Positions 24,924 through 32,000 of a stretch of 32,000 nt of DNA are shown piece by piece (position 1 is the first letter of the stretch; every line of letters starts with the position of its first letter). The notes under the pieces are model-generated. The model was not told where the DNA came from. It made no database searches and worked only from the letters and a program-made list of their open reading frames with translations. The DNA is from an uncultured Bacilli bacterium (GTDB lineage: Bacteria > Bacillota_I > Bacilli_A > RF39 > UBA660). A program made the position numbers and the translations under genes. Where the stretch lies: positions 75,966 through 107,965 of the forward strand of contig CAKOHW010000001.1 in assembly GCA_934086185.1 (NCBI GenBank), given 5' to 3'.

Positions 24924-25187
24924 ATGAATAGAATTGATTTAATTATTGATATTATTGTAAATGATATTATTAAAAATAATGAAAGATATTTGAAAAATGG
25001 TTTTATAATTTTTTTGAATGGTGATGAAATAGAAATTGATTATAAAGATAAAATTTATTTTTTAACTATTCATGAAGAAGATAATAATATTTTTTGGTTA
25101 ATAAAATGTAATGAAAAAATTATAAAATTAAAAATAACTGATAATTTTGATGAAGTGTTAGATTTTATTATCAATAGTATTAATTAA
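24924..25187 (+). CDS. hypothetical 87-aa protein divergent from the XRE gene
   Basis: An aaggag SD lies upstream of the ATG. No recognisable motif. Confidence 0.45.
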   Translation: MNRIDLIIDIIVNDIIKNNERYLKNGFIIFLNGDEIEIDYKDKIYFLTIHEEDNNIFWLIKCNEKIIKLKITDNFDEVLDFIINSIN

Positions 25188-25257
25188 ATATTTAAGCGTA
25201 TTATGATTAGTGACTAGTAATATACTTAAATTATTTATTTGACTTCAGTGTCTAAAT

Positions 25258-25312
25258 AAAAAGAACAGTTATTTATTCTTAATGACTTTGGAATGGTAAC
25301 TGTTCTTTTTTT
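25258..25312. terminator. bidirectional terminator-like hairpin
   Basis: aaaaagaacagtta ... taactgttcttttt forms a ~14-bp stem with a large loop. It is flanked by an A-run and a T-run, between the plus-strand 87-aa ORF and the minus-strand tRNA. Confidence 0.45.
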
Positions 25313-25328
25313 ATTTTGGGTATTTAAA

Positions 25329-25349
25329 AACTCCTATAAATTAGGAGTT
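25329..25349 (-). terminator. hairpin 3' of tRNA-Arg
   Basis: aactccta-taaat-taggagtt forms an 8-bp stem, 12 nt past the tRNA CCA end. It is followed by ttt on the minus strand. Confidence 0.45.
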
Positions 25350-25361
25350 AATAAACTAAAA

Positions 25362-25438
25362 TGGTGTCCTCGGAGCGACTCGAACGCTCGACCGTACGCT
25401 TAGAAGGCGTATGCTCTATCCAGCTGAGCTACGAAGAC
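25362..25438 (-). tRNA. tRNA-Arg (anticodon TCT), CCA encoded
   Basis: The reverse complement GTCTTCGTAGCTCAGCTGGATAGAGCATACGCCTTCTAAGCGTACGGTCGAGCGTTCGAGTCGCTCCGAGGACACCA folds as a cloverleaf. Acceptor stem GTCTTCG/CGAGGAC, D-arm GCTC/GAGC, anticodon stem TACGC/GCGTA with loop CTTCTAA, T-arm GAGCG-TTCGAGT-CGCTC. Confidence 0.95.
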
Positions 25439-25559
25439 ATAACTCATTACAAAGATGATTATATAATAAATTGAATATTATTTCAAGCATTTTTATTCAC
25501 TTTTTAATTATTTTTGATATAAAAAAAAGGAAATACAAAAAAGTTGATAATAATTTATA

Positions 25560-26456
25560 GTGAGAGGAGTTGTTCGTTTGAATAACAATTTAAAAATTTT
25601 GTATGATGCTTATTTTAAATATATTTTTAATAAGCGTTTTGGAATTATGTATATGTCTCGTATTATCTCTACTCTATTTGATTTAGATTATGATGATTTG
25701 GTAAATAATATTGTAGTTGCTAGCACTGAACATGTTAGAAGTAAGTCTATTAAATCTAGTTTTAGTGATGTTATTTATATGTATAGAAATAAAAGATTTA
25801 TTATTGAAATGAACAATTCTTATACTTCTGAAATTGTTTATAAAAATCATTTCTATTTATTTTATCATCATATATTTGATGCCGAAAATAAGAATTCATA
25901 TAATAGCAACATAGAAACTTATTTAATCGATATAGATAATTTTGATATACTTGATAAGTTACATAAAAAAGATATGAAACATGAATTTATTTATCAATCA
26001 AGATTAATATTAGATAATACATTATATAGTTTATATCCCAATATACGAGCTGTTAGAATAAATCTTGATTATTTAAAGAAGAAACAGTATAATTATGGTA
26101 TGTTAAGTGATATAGAAAGAGATTGTCTTATATTTACAACAAATGATTTAAATGTTTTAAGAAAAGAGACAAAGGTCGAAAATATTGAAGGAGTGATTGA
26201 AATGTTTAAGATGGTATATGAAAATGGAGAGATATATCCAGTATTCGATGAAGAAAAGTTTCATGAGGCAGAAAAGAGAGACATGTACAGACAAGGTGAA
26301 GAAGATGGTATTGAGAAAGGTATTGAACAAGGCATTGAGCAAGGTTCTGTAAATGAAAAAATATCAATTGCAAAAATTTTAAGAAAGAAAAATTTCACTG
26401 ATAAAGATATTATGGAGATTACTGGTATTACTAAATCTCAAATAAAGAGTATTTAA
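25560..26456 (+). CDS. Rpn-family recombination-promoting nuclease / PD-(D/E)XK putative transposase
   Basis: N-terminal D.YFKYIF, a core resembling D(V)...(R)FIIEMN (PD-(D/E)XK-like), and a C-terminal GIEKGIEQGIEQG repeat followed by IAKILRKKNFTDKDIMEITGITKSQIKSI. That C-terminal pattern is typical of this family as I recall it. The real start is probably TTG 25578, 7 nt after a GAGGAG SD. Confidence 0.65.
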   Translation: MRGVVRLNNNLKILYDAYFKYIFNKRFGIMYMSRIISTLFDLDYDDLVNNIVVASTEHVRSKSIKSSFSDVIYMYRNKRFIIEMNNSYTSEIVYKNHFYLFYHHIFDAENKNSYNSNIETYLIDIDNFDILDKLHKKDMKHEFIYQSRLILDNTLYSLYPNIRAVRINLDYLKKKQYNYGMLSDIERDCLIFTTNDLNVLRKETKVENIEGVIEMFKMVYENGEIYPVFDEEKFHEAEKRDMYRQGEEDGIEKGIEQGIEQGSVNEKISIAKILRKKNFTDKDIMEITGITKSQIKSI

Positions 26457-26480
26457 AAAAGAGTATAATTTTACTCTTTT
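26457..26480. terminator. bidirectional intrinsic terminator between Rpn-like gene and trxA
   Basis: aaaagagta-taattt-tactctttt forms a 9-bp stem with A/T runs on both sides. Confidence 0.55.
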
Positions 26481-26770
26481 TATATATTATTAATTAATTC
26501 ATTAATTTCTTCTTTACTTTTAAAACCGATAAATTTTGTTTTTAATTCCTTGTCTTTGTAAATTAATACAGTTGGTATACTCATTACACCAAATTTTTGT
26601 GCTAATTCTTGATGTTCATCAGTGTTAATTTTTATAACGTTTAAATCCATAGTTTCTAAAACACTACCCAACATCTTACAAGGACCACACCAATCAGCAT
26701 AAAAGTCTACTAAAATTAAATCATTTGTTAATAATTCTTCTAATTGTTCATTTTTTAAATATTTTATCAT
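26480..26770 (-). CDS. trxA: thioredoxin
   Basis: LVDFYADWCGPCKML active site (WCGPC), plus MSIPTVLIYKD. Confidence 0.9.
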   Translation of the reverse strand: MIKYLKNEQLEELLTNDLILVDFYADWCGPCKMLGSVLETMDLNVIKINTDEHQELAQKFGVMSIPTVLIYKDKELKTKFIGFKSKEEINELINNI

Positions 26771-27497
26771 TTTCTTCTCCTTTATATTTTTCTATTATTT
26801 CCTCTACTCCATTAATATTTAATTTTTTAGAATTATATAATTTTTGTGCTGAATCATAACTTAATATGTTATATTTCATTAAAATATCTATACTTTCTAA
26901 ATTAGCCTTATTAGTATCATTGTCATTCTTTATTATTACGTTATACACTTCGTTTACACTATTTGTAAAATTACTTGTTACATCACTTATTATTGGTAAA
27001 TCTTTAAATATAATACTTCCATATTTACTTTCAATTACGTATTTTGAAGTAGTATTAATTGTAGATGCTATAAATAATAAAATAAAACAATATAATATAC
27101 CTTCAATAATACCAACTACTGCTCCTATTATTTTACTTGGTAAATTTAAAAATAATGTTATACTTAAAATATTATTTAAACCAATTGATACTTTTTTCAA
27201 AATCATAAATATTATAGTTAATAATGTAATTGTAAGTCCATATGCTATTGCTTCATAAAATAATATGTTTATTGCTACTATACCTTTAAATATACCACCA
27301 AAACTTAAAAATGGTAAGTTTTCATAAAGAAGTATAGATAAGGGTTGTTTTAAATAAAATGCAATAATAAATATTAAAAATGAACCTGCTAAATTTACTA
27401 ATGTTGGTATTAAACCATCTTTAAAACCTTTTAAAGCACTAAGTAATAGTAAAACAATAATAATATAGTCAACTATATTCATTTTATCACCATCCAT
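26748..27497 (-). CDS. cvpA: CvpA-family membrane protein
   Basis: MNIVDYIIIVLLLLSALKGFKDGLI is a typical CvpA N-terminus, with 4-5 TM helices. The start is probably ATG 27482. Confidence 0.7.
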   Translation of the reverse strand: MDGDKMNIVDYIIIVLLLLSALKGFKDGLIPTLVNLAGSFLIFIIAFYLKQPLSILLYENLPFLSFGGIFKGIVAINILFYEAIAYGLTITLLTIIFMILKKVSIGLNNILSITLFLNLPSKIIGAVVGIIEGILYCFILLFIASTINTTSKYVIESKYGSIIFKDLPIISDVTSNFTNSVNEVYNVIIKNDNDTNKANLESIDILMKYNILSYDSAQKLYNSKKLNINGVEEIIEKYKGEENDKIFKK

Positions 27498-27564
27498 TTT
27501 AATTATATTATAAACTTAATGAAAAAGAAAGAATAATATGTTAAAATAATTAAGAGGTGAAATT

Positions 27565-28518
27565 ATGGCTCAAACAACTATAGTATTTAAACTAAGTGAC
27601 AATTTGAAAAATGAAGTAATTGATTTTTATCAAGATAGAGCAACTTCAAAAAAACCACCATATAGTGTATTTCAAGTAAAAGAATTTGATTGTGTAACTA
27701 CGTTATATGAATCAGGAAAAATTATGTTTCAAGGAATGAGCGCTGATATAGAGGCATCATTTTGGATTGAAAGAGAAAGAATTAAAAATAATCGTAATGT
27801 TAGTGAAGAAATTGCTAAAGATATGAAAAAGAAAGAAGATAAAAACAAAGAACTTAATGATACAAGATTTAAATATATTTCTACAATGGGTTCTGATGAA
27901 GTCGGTACTGGTGATTATTTTGGTCCAATTGTTGTAACAGCTAGTTATGTTGATATAAAAGATAAGTTTAAAGTTGAAGAATTAGGTGTACGTGATTCTA
28001 AAAAACTTAATGATGATAAAATAATGAAAATCGCACCTAAATTAATAAAAGAAATACCACATGTAACATTTATATTAACTGATAAAGAATATAATGAAAA
28101 AGGCTTAACAAATATGAATCAAATTAAAGCAATATTACATAATAAAGTTCTATATAATCTTACTCAAAAAGATAATTATGATTATAAACATATTGTTGTT
28201 GATCAATTTGTTTATCCACAAAAATATTATGAACATATAAAAAATGTAACTAATAAAGTTACAAATATAACTTTTACTACACATGCTGAAGATAAATGTT
28301 TATCTGTTGCGGTATCTAGTATTATTTCAAGATATATATTTTTAACTAAGATGGATGAAATGAGTAAAGAATTAGGTTTTAATCTTCTTAAGGGCGCTAG
28401 TGAAGCAGTTGATGATCAAGCAGTTTTGATAGTTAAAAAATATGGTTTTGATAAATTAAAAGACATAGCAAAACTAAATTTTAAAAATACTGAGAAAATT
28501 AAATTTAAATTAAATTAA
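27565..28518 (+). CDS. rnhC: ribonuclease HIII
   Basis: N-terminal TBP-like domain, then GSDEVGTGDYFGPIVV (the DEDD first-Asp motif) and an RNase HII/HIII core. Size is ~317 aa. A gaggtg SD lies upstream. Confidence 0.88.
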   Translation: MAQTTIVFKLSDNLKNEVIDFYQDRATSKKPPYSVFQVKEFDCVTTLYESGKIMFQGMSADIEASFWIERERIKNNRNVSEEIAKDMKKKEDKNKELNDTRFKYISTMGSDEVGTGDYFGPIVVTASYVDIKDKFKVEELGVRDSKKLNDDKIMKIAPKLIKEIPHVTFILTDKEYNEKGLTNMNQIKAILHNKVLYNLTQKDNYDYKHIVVDQFVYPQKYYEHIKNVTNKVTNITFTTHAEDKCLSVAVSSIISRYIFLTKMDEMSKELGFNLLKGASEAVDDQAVLIVKKYGFDKLKDIAKLNFKNTEKIKFKLN

Positions 28519-28519
28519 A

Positions 28520-28547
28520 CCACATAAATTATTATGTGGCTTTTTTT
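28520..28547. terminator. intrinsic terminator after rnhC (shared with convergent gene)
   Basis: ccacataa-atta-ttatgtgg forms an 8-bp stem, followed by c and ttttttt. Confidence 0.7.
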
Positions 28548-29922
28548 AAAATTTTAAAACTTCTATATTAGAATTATTATCTTTTAATACTTCTGGTTTA
28601 TTTTTGCTTTTTGTCTTTTTTTGTTTTTTTGGCTTTTCTTTTTTTAAAGTTGTCTTAGGATTATTTTTATTATTTGATTTTATAAATATCATAATTACTA
28701 AAATTACAATTATAAAACTTATTATACTTACTGTTATTAATAATGTTAAACTTATTTTATTCTTTTTTATTATAGTTATAAAATATGTTGTACTTGAACC
28801 ATCTTTTCCAGTAACAATTATTTTTATAACACTACCATTTTTTAAATCTTGGTTTCCTTCTACAGTTACTGTATCTTTATCAGGATTTAATGGTACTTTT
28901 GTTATTTGAAGCTCATTAATATTACTATCAATGGTTATCGTATAATTAAAAATATCTTGTTTAAAATCTATTTCATACCCACCTATTATTAAAGTTTTTA
29001 GATAATGAGTTTCTTCTAATGTTTCTCCTTTTTTTAATCTTGTTACTTTTAATGTATATGTTACTTCATTATTATTTTTATCTGTTAATTTTATTTTTAT
29101 AGTGTTTTCTCCGACAATTAATTTTTCATTATTTTCTAATGTAACTGTAGTACCTTCTATAGATTTAGTATCTATTAATAATGATTCTACTTCGTTTAAT
29201 ACTTTAAATTCATATTCAAATACTTTAGCATCAAAGTCTCCAAAATCTATTTCCTTGTTTGTTTTTTTGTCAGTTATTTTTAAATCAGTTAATGAAAGTG
29301 TATTATTATTGTTATTTGATACATTATTGTAGCATGCATAATATGTTGTATTTTTTTCTACTTTAATTGTTCCACGTGATCCTTCTTTACATGTAGCCTG
29401 TGTACCCCATCCATTAAAACCATCTTTATCTAATGTTGGTAATGTTATTGAACATGTCGAGCCACTTGAAACTTCACATTTTTTTTCTGTTTTTTCTTCC
29501 TTATCTTGTAATATAACAGTATATGTTGTTTTATTTGCATTTGTGGTAGTTGTAGTAGTTTCTTGTTCTTTAACAGTAGTAGATACATAGTTAGGATTTT
29601 TCATTTTAATTGCAGTTTTATTATTAGAATCACTTATCTCTATTATTGCTACTTCTATATTTGAGAATTTTTTTATGTAATCTTTATTCTTTACCTTAAC
29701 TTTTATTTCAGAATTTTCATTTTTTGATCCAATTTCAAAAAATGATGTTATATCTTCTCCGTTATGATTGAACGTTAAAGTATCTCCAACTACTCCAGTA
29801 CATGTAAAATTTTTTATTGTATTTGGATCCATTACATTTTCTGAGCCACATTTAAGTGCTTTAGCATTTACAAATGGTATAAACGTAAACATTAAAAATA
29901 TAACTAGTTTAAGTTTTTTCAT
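28546..29922 (-). CDS. surface protein with two cadherin-like beta-sandwich domains and a C-terminal TM anchor
   Basis: Signal peptide MKKLKLVIFLMFTFIPFVNA. Two modules have the pattern L..L.I......F....F.Y...V.....L.I......G..V.....L..GEN.I.I.....N....Y.L.V.R. C-terminal TM helix ISLTLLITVSIISFIIVILVIMIFI, then a Lys-rich tail. No LPxTG motif. Confidence 0.6.
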   Translation of the reverse strand: MKKLKLVIFLMFTFIPFVNAKALKCGSENVMDPNTIKNFTCTGVVGDTLTFNHNGEDITSFFEIGSKNENSEIKVKVKNKDYIKKFSNIEVAIIEISDSNNKTAIKMKNPNYVSTTVKEQETTTTTTNANKTTYTVILQDKEEKTEKKCEVSSGSTCSITLPTLDKDGFNGWGTQATCKEGSRGTIKVEKNTTYYACYNNVSNNNNNTLSLTDLKITDKKTNKEIDFGDFDAKVFEYEFKVLNEVESLLIDTKSIEGTTVTLENNEKLIVGENTIKIKLTDKNNNEVTYTLKVTRLKKGETLEETHYLKTLIIGGYEIDFKQDIFNYTITIDSNINELQITKVPLNPDKDTVTVEGNQDLKNGSVIKIIVTGKDGSSTTYFITIIKKNKISLTLLITVSIISFIIVILVIMIFIKSNNKNNPKTTLKKEKPKKQKKTKSKNKPEVLKDNNSNIEVLKF

Positions 29923-29980
29923 TATATCACCCTTTACTATTCATAATAATATTAACATATATTTTCAAAAAAGAAAATAA

Positions 29981-30001
29981 TAAAAAAAGGCTTTTGAGCC
30001 T
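29981..30001 (-). terminator. intrinsic terminator after the lipoprotein gene
   Basis: The minus strand reads aggct-caaa-agcct followed by ttttttt. The hairpin overlaps the stop codon. Confidence 0.55.
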
Positions 30002-30539
30002 AATATTCATATACACCATGAATTTTTTCTAATTGTTCATTTGTTAAATCTTTTAATTGCCATTTGTTATCTACTTTTGTTAATTGAAACTCTATAGTAT
30101 AATCTACTTTTTTATCTGTATTTTCTAGTTTTTCTAATTTATAATTAGTAAATAATTCTTCATCATATTTATCATCTTTTTTAAATTTATCTGGATTTTT
30201 TACTAAGTAATCATTTGCTTCTTTATCTACAGTATAATAATCATATACTGTAATTTGAGCAGTTACTGTAGCAGAATCTCCATCAATTTTTTCATCTTTT
30301 ATTTCGTATTTCATATCTTTGAATTGTTTTAGATAAATATTTTTATATTTTTTACTTTGTTCATCCGTTAAATTATTATCATTAATATAATCATCTAATT
30401 CTACTACTATTTCTTCATCTTGATTATTATATTTAGATAATAATTTTTCTACAGCACTAGTTGGTGTATTTCCTAATGAACAAGCAGTCGTTATTAACAA
30501 TAGTAAACAAATAGAAAAAAGTCCAATTTTCTTTTTCAT
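30000..30539 (-). CDS. probable lipoprotein, function unknown
   Basis: Signal peptide plus a lipobox-like LLITTAC|S. Hydrophilic mature part. Confidence 0.6.
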   Translation of the reverse strand: MKKKIGLFSICLLLLITTACSLGNTPTSAVEKLLSKYNNQDEEIVVELDDYINDNNLTDEQSKKYKNIYLKQFKDMKYEIKDEKIDGDSATVTAQITVYDYYTVDKEANDYLVKNPDKFKKDDKYDEELFTNYKLEKLENTDKKVDYTIEFQLTKVDNKWQLKDLTNEQLEKIHGVYEY

Positions 30540-30586
30540 ATATCTCTCCTCATAATTAATATGAGTGATAATTTAGTTTTTATACA

Positions 30587-31564
30587 TTATTTTAAGAAAG
30601 TTTCTATACAAGTAGTTTGATTATTACTTACTATTTTTACATATGATCCGTTTATAATAGTCATTTTAGGTGCTACATGACCTATATCTATATCATATAC
30701 TATTTTTATATCAGGTATAACTTCTTTTAATATATCTTCATATGTTTTTTTAGTATAACCGTTTTTAAATAAAATTCTACCTATTAAAATACATTTAGTA
30801 TATTTAAAATATCCTGCATACTTAAACTTGTAAAGTATATTATATAGTGATTCTTTAGATATGCTAAATATATCGAAGAACCATATTATGCCTTCTTTTT
30901 TATATCTATTTATAAATTCTTTTGTATAATCATACTCTGTTCCAATAATATTATCTATTACATCTAAGCAACCACCTATTATTCTTCCTTCAACACATAC
31001 ATCACCATTTAAATTTTTTATTATTACTGGTTCAGTTAAATTATAAGAATTATCATCCTTTTTTTCTAATTCATAAAAATCATATTTATATTGAGGAAGT
31101 ACTTGTCCTTTAAGTAAATTTATATTGTATAAAAGTGATTTATGTAATACTGTTTGATCAAAACTAGTCGCATTATTGCCATATATAGTTGCTATATCAT
31201 ATTTAGTTGTAACGTAGTATAAAATACTTGTTGGGTCACTATAGCCTTCTATCCATTTTGGATTTTTTTTTATTAAATCAAAATCTATATATTCTAATGA
31301 ACTTATACAAAAATCTCCACCACATGCATTTAATATACATTTTACGTTTTTATTTTCTAATAATTCATTAAATTCTTTTCCTCTATTTTGACTAATAGTA
31401 CTTATTTCATTTTCATTTCTAACACTTTTTGTTTCTATAATATTGAAATATTTTTTTAAATTATTAATAGATTTTATATAATTATTAAGTTTGTGTCCTA
31501 CACCGCTTGATGGTGCAGTTATACCAATTAAATCTTTATCTTTTAAAAATTCTGGATATATCAT
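30587..31564 (-). CDS. LD-carboxypeptidase (peptidase S66 family)
   Basis: IGITAPSSGV N-terminus, nucleophile motif WIEGYSDPT, and C-terminal DIDIGHVAPKMTIINGS (His of the Ser-His-Glu triad). Confidence 0.72.
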   Translation of the reverse strand: MIYPEFLKDKDLIGITAPSSGVGHKLNNYIKSINNLKKYFNIIETKSVRNENEISTISQNRGKEFNELLENKNVKCILNACGGDFCISSLEYIDFDLIKKNPKWIEGYSDPTSILYYVTTKYDIATIYGNNATSFDQTVLHKSLLYNINLLKGQVLPQYKYDFYELEKKDDNSYNLTEPVIIKNLNGDVCVEGRIIGGCLDVIDNIIGTEYDYTKEFINRYKKEGIIWFFDIFSISKESLYNILYKFKYAGYFKYTKCILIGRILFKNGYTKKTYEDILKEVIPDIKIVYDIDIGHVAPKMTIINGSYVKIVSNNQTTCIETFLK

Positions 31565-31566
31565 AC

Positions 31567-31974
31567 TTATTTCTTGTCCTTTAATAAATCTCTTATCTCT
31601 GTTAAAAGAATCTCTTCATTTGATTTTTTTGGTTCTTCTTTTTCTTCTACTTTATTTTTCTTTAATTTTTTATCTGCATCTTCTTTAATCTTATTAAATA
31701 TTTTTACTATTATAAAAATACAAAATGCCATTAATAAAAAGTCTATTATGTTTTGGATAAAAACTCCATAATTAATTGTTGCATCTTTAAATTTAATAGT
31801 TAAATTTGAAAAATCATGTCCTCCTGTTATTATACCTAGTATTGGCATAAAAATATCTGATACTAAACTTGATACTATTTTTTGAAATGCTCCACCAATA
31901 ATTACACCTACTGCTAAATCTAATACGTTACCTTTACTAATAAAGTCTTTAAATTCATTTAATAATTTTTTCAT
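31567..31974 (-). CDS. mscL: large-conductance mechanosensitive channel MscL
   Basis: [40 protein letters not shown] is the canonical MscL TM1 region. ~135 aa with a charged C-terminal helix. Confidence 0.9.
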   Translation of the reverse strand: MKKLLNEFKDFISKGNVLDLAVGVIIGGAFQKIVSSLVSDIFMPILGIITGGHDFSNLTIKFKDATINYGVFIQNIIDFLLMAFCIFIIVKIFNKIKEDADKKLKKNKVEEKEEPKKSNEEILLTEIRDLLKDKK

Positions 31975-32000
31975 ATTTTTACCTCTTTCTTTTTTTTATT

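Noticed and set aside
25362-25438. The tRNA-Arg as the integration site of a classical integrative element.
   Set aside because: No integrase or recombinase gene is present in the patch, and by eye I found no direct repeat of the tRNA 3' end. I cannot claim an integrative element without a computational repeat search.
26307-26342. Three tandem 12-nt units (ggtattgagaaa / ggtattgaacaa / ggcattgagcaa).
   Set aside because: They encode the in-frame GIEK/GIEQ/GIEQ repeat in the C-terminal region of the Rpn-like protein. This is a short coding repeat, not a CRISPR, VNTR locus or regulatory array.

Overview
Visibly very AT-rich, tightly packed segment, mostly coded on the minus strand. The core genes point to a spore-forming Firmicute: polC, rnhC, yqfC/yqfD, spoIIP, era-yqzL-recO, ybeY, cdd, trxA, cvpA and mscL. 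Two accessory insertions stand out.

(1) 19.7-24.3 kb holds a complete diversity-generating retroelement (DGR) on the minus strand. In order it carries a secreted target gene with a C-terminal variable repeat (VR 22461-22585), a stand-alone MutS-domain-I-like ORF, the template repeat (TR 21611-21735), an Avd-like ORF, and a DGR-type reverse transcriptase (IGNxxSQ and YMDD motifs). TR and VR are 125 nt long and differ at 19 positions. All 19 are adenines on the TR coding strand, and the TR contains 18 AAY codons. The gene order is non-canonical because the TR lies upstream of avd. An imperfect inverted repeat brackets the TR, and the target-to-MutS-like spacer is a stack of hairpins containing an internal extended -10 promoter. 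An XRE regulator with a duplicated operator-like module, an orphan ORF, tRNA-Arg(TCT) and an Rpn/PD-(D/E)XK nuclease gene flank the DGR.

(2) 1-3.7 kb holds a three-gene McrBC-like candidate defence operon. Its McrB-family NTPase has an N-terminal transmembrane anchor where a DNA-reader domain would normally sit.

Smaller oddities:
- a zinc-ligand-less cytidine deaminase paralog translationally coupled to cdd
- a fused double ThyX
- a sortase B with a ~260-aa N-terminal extension
- a 25-aa YqzL-like ORF absent from the ORF track

All homology statements come from reading motifs by eye. No database search was run.
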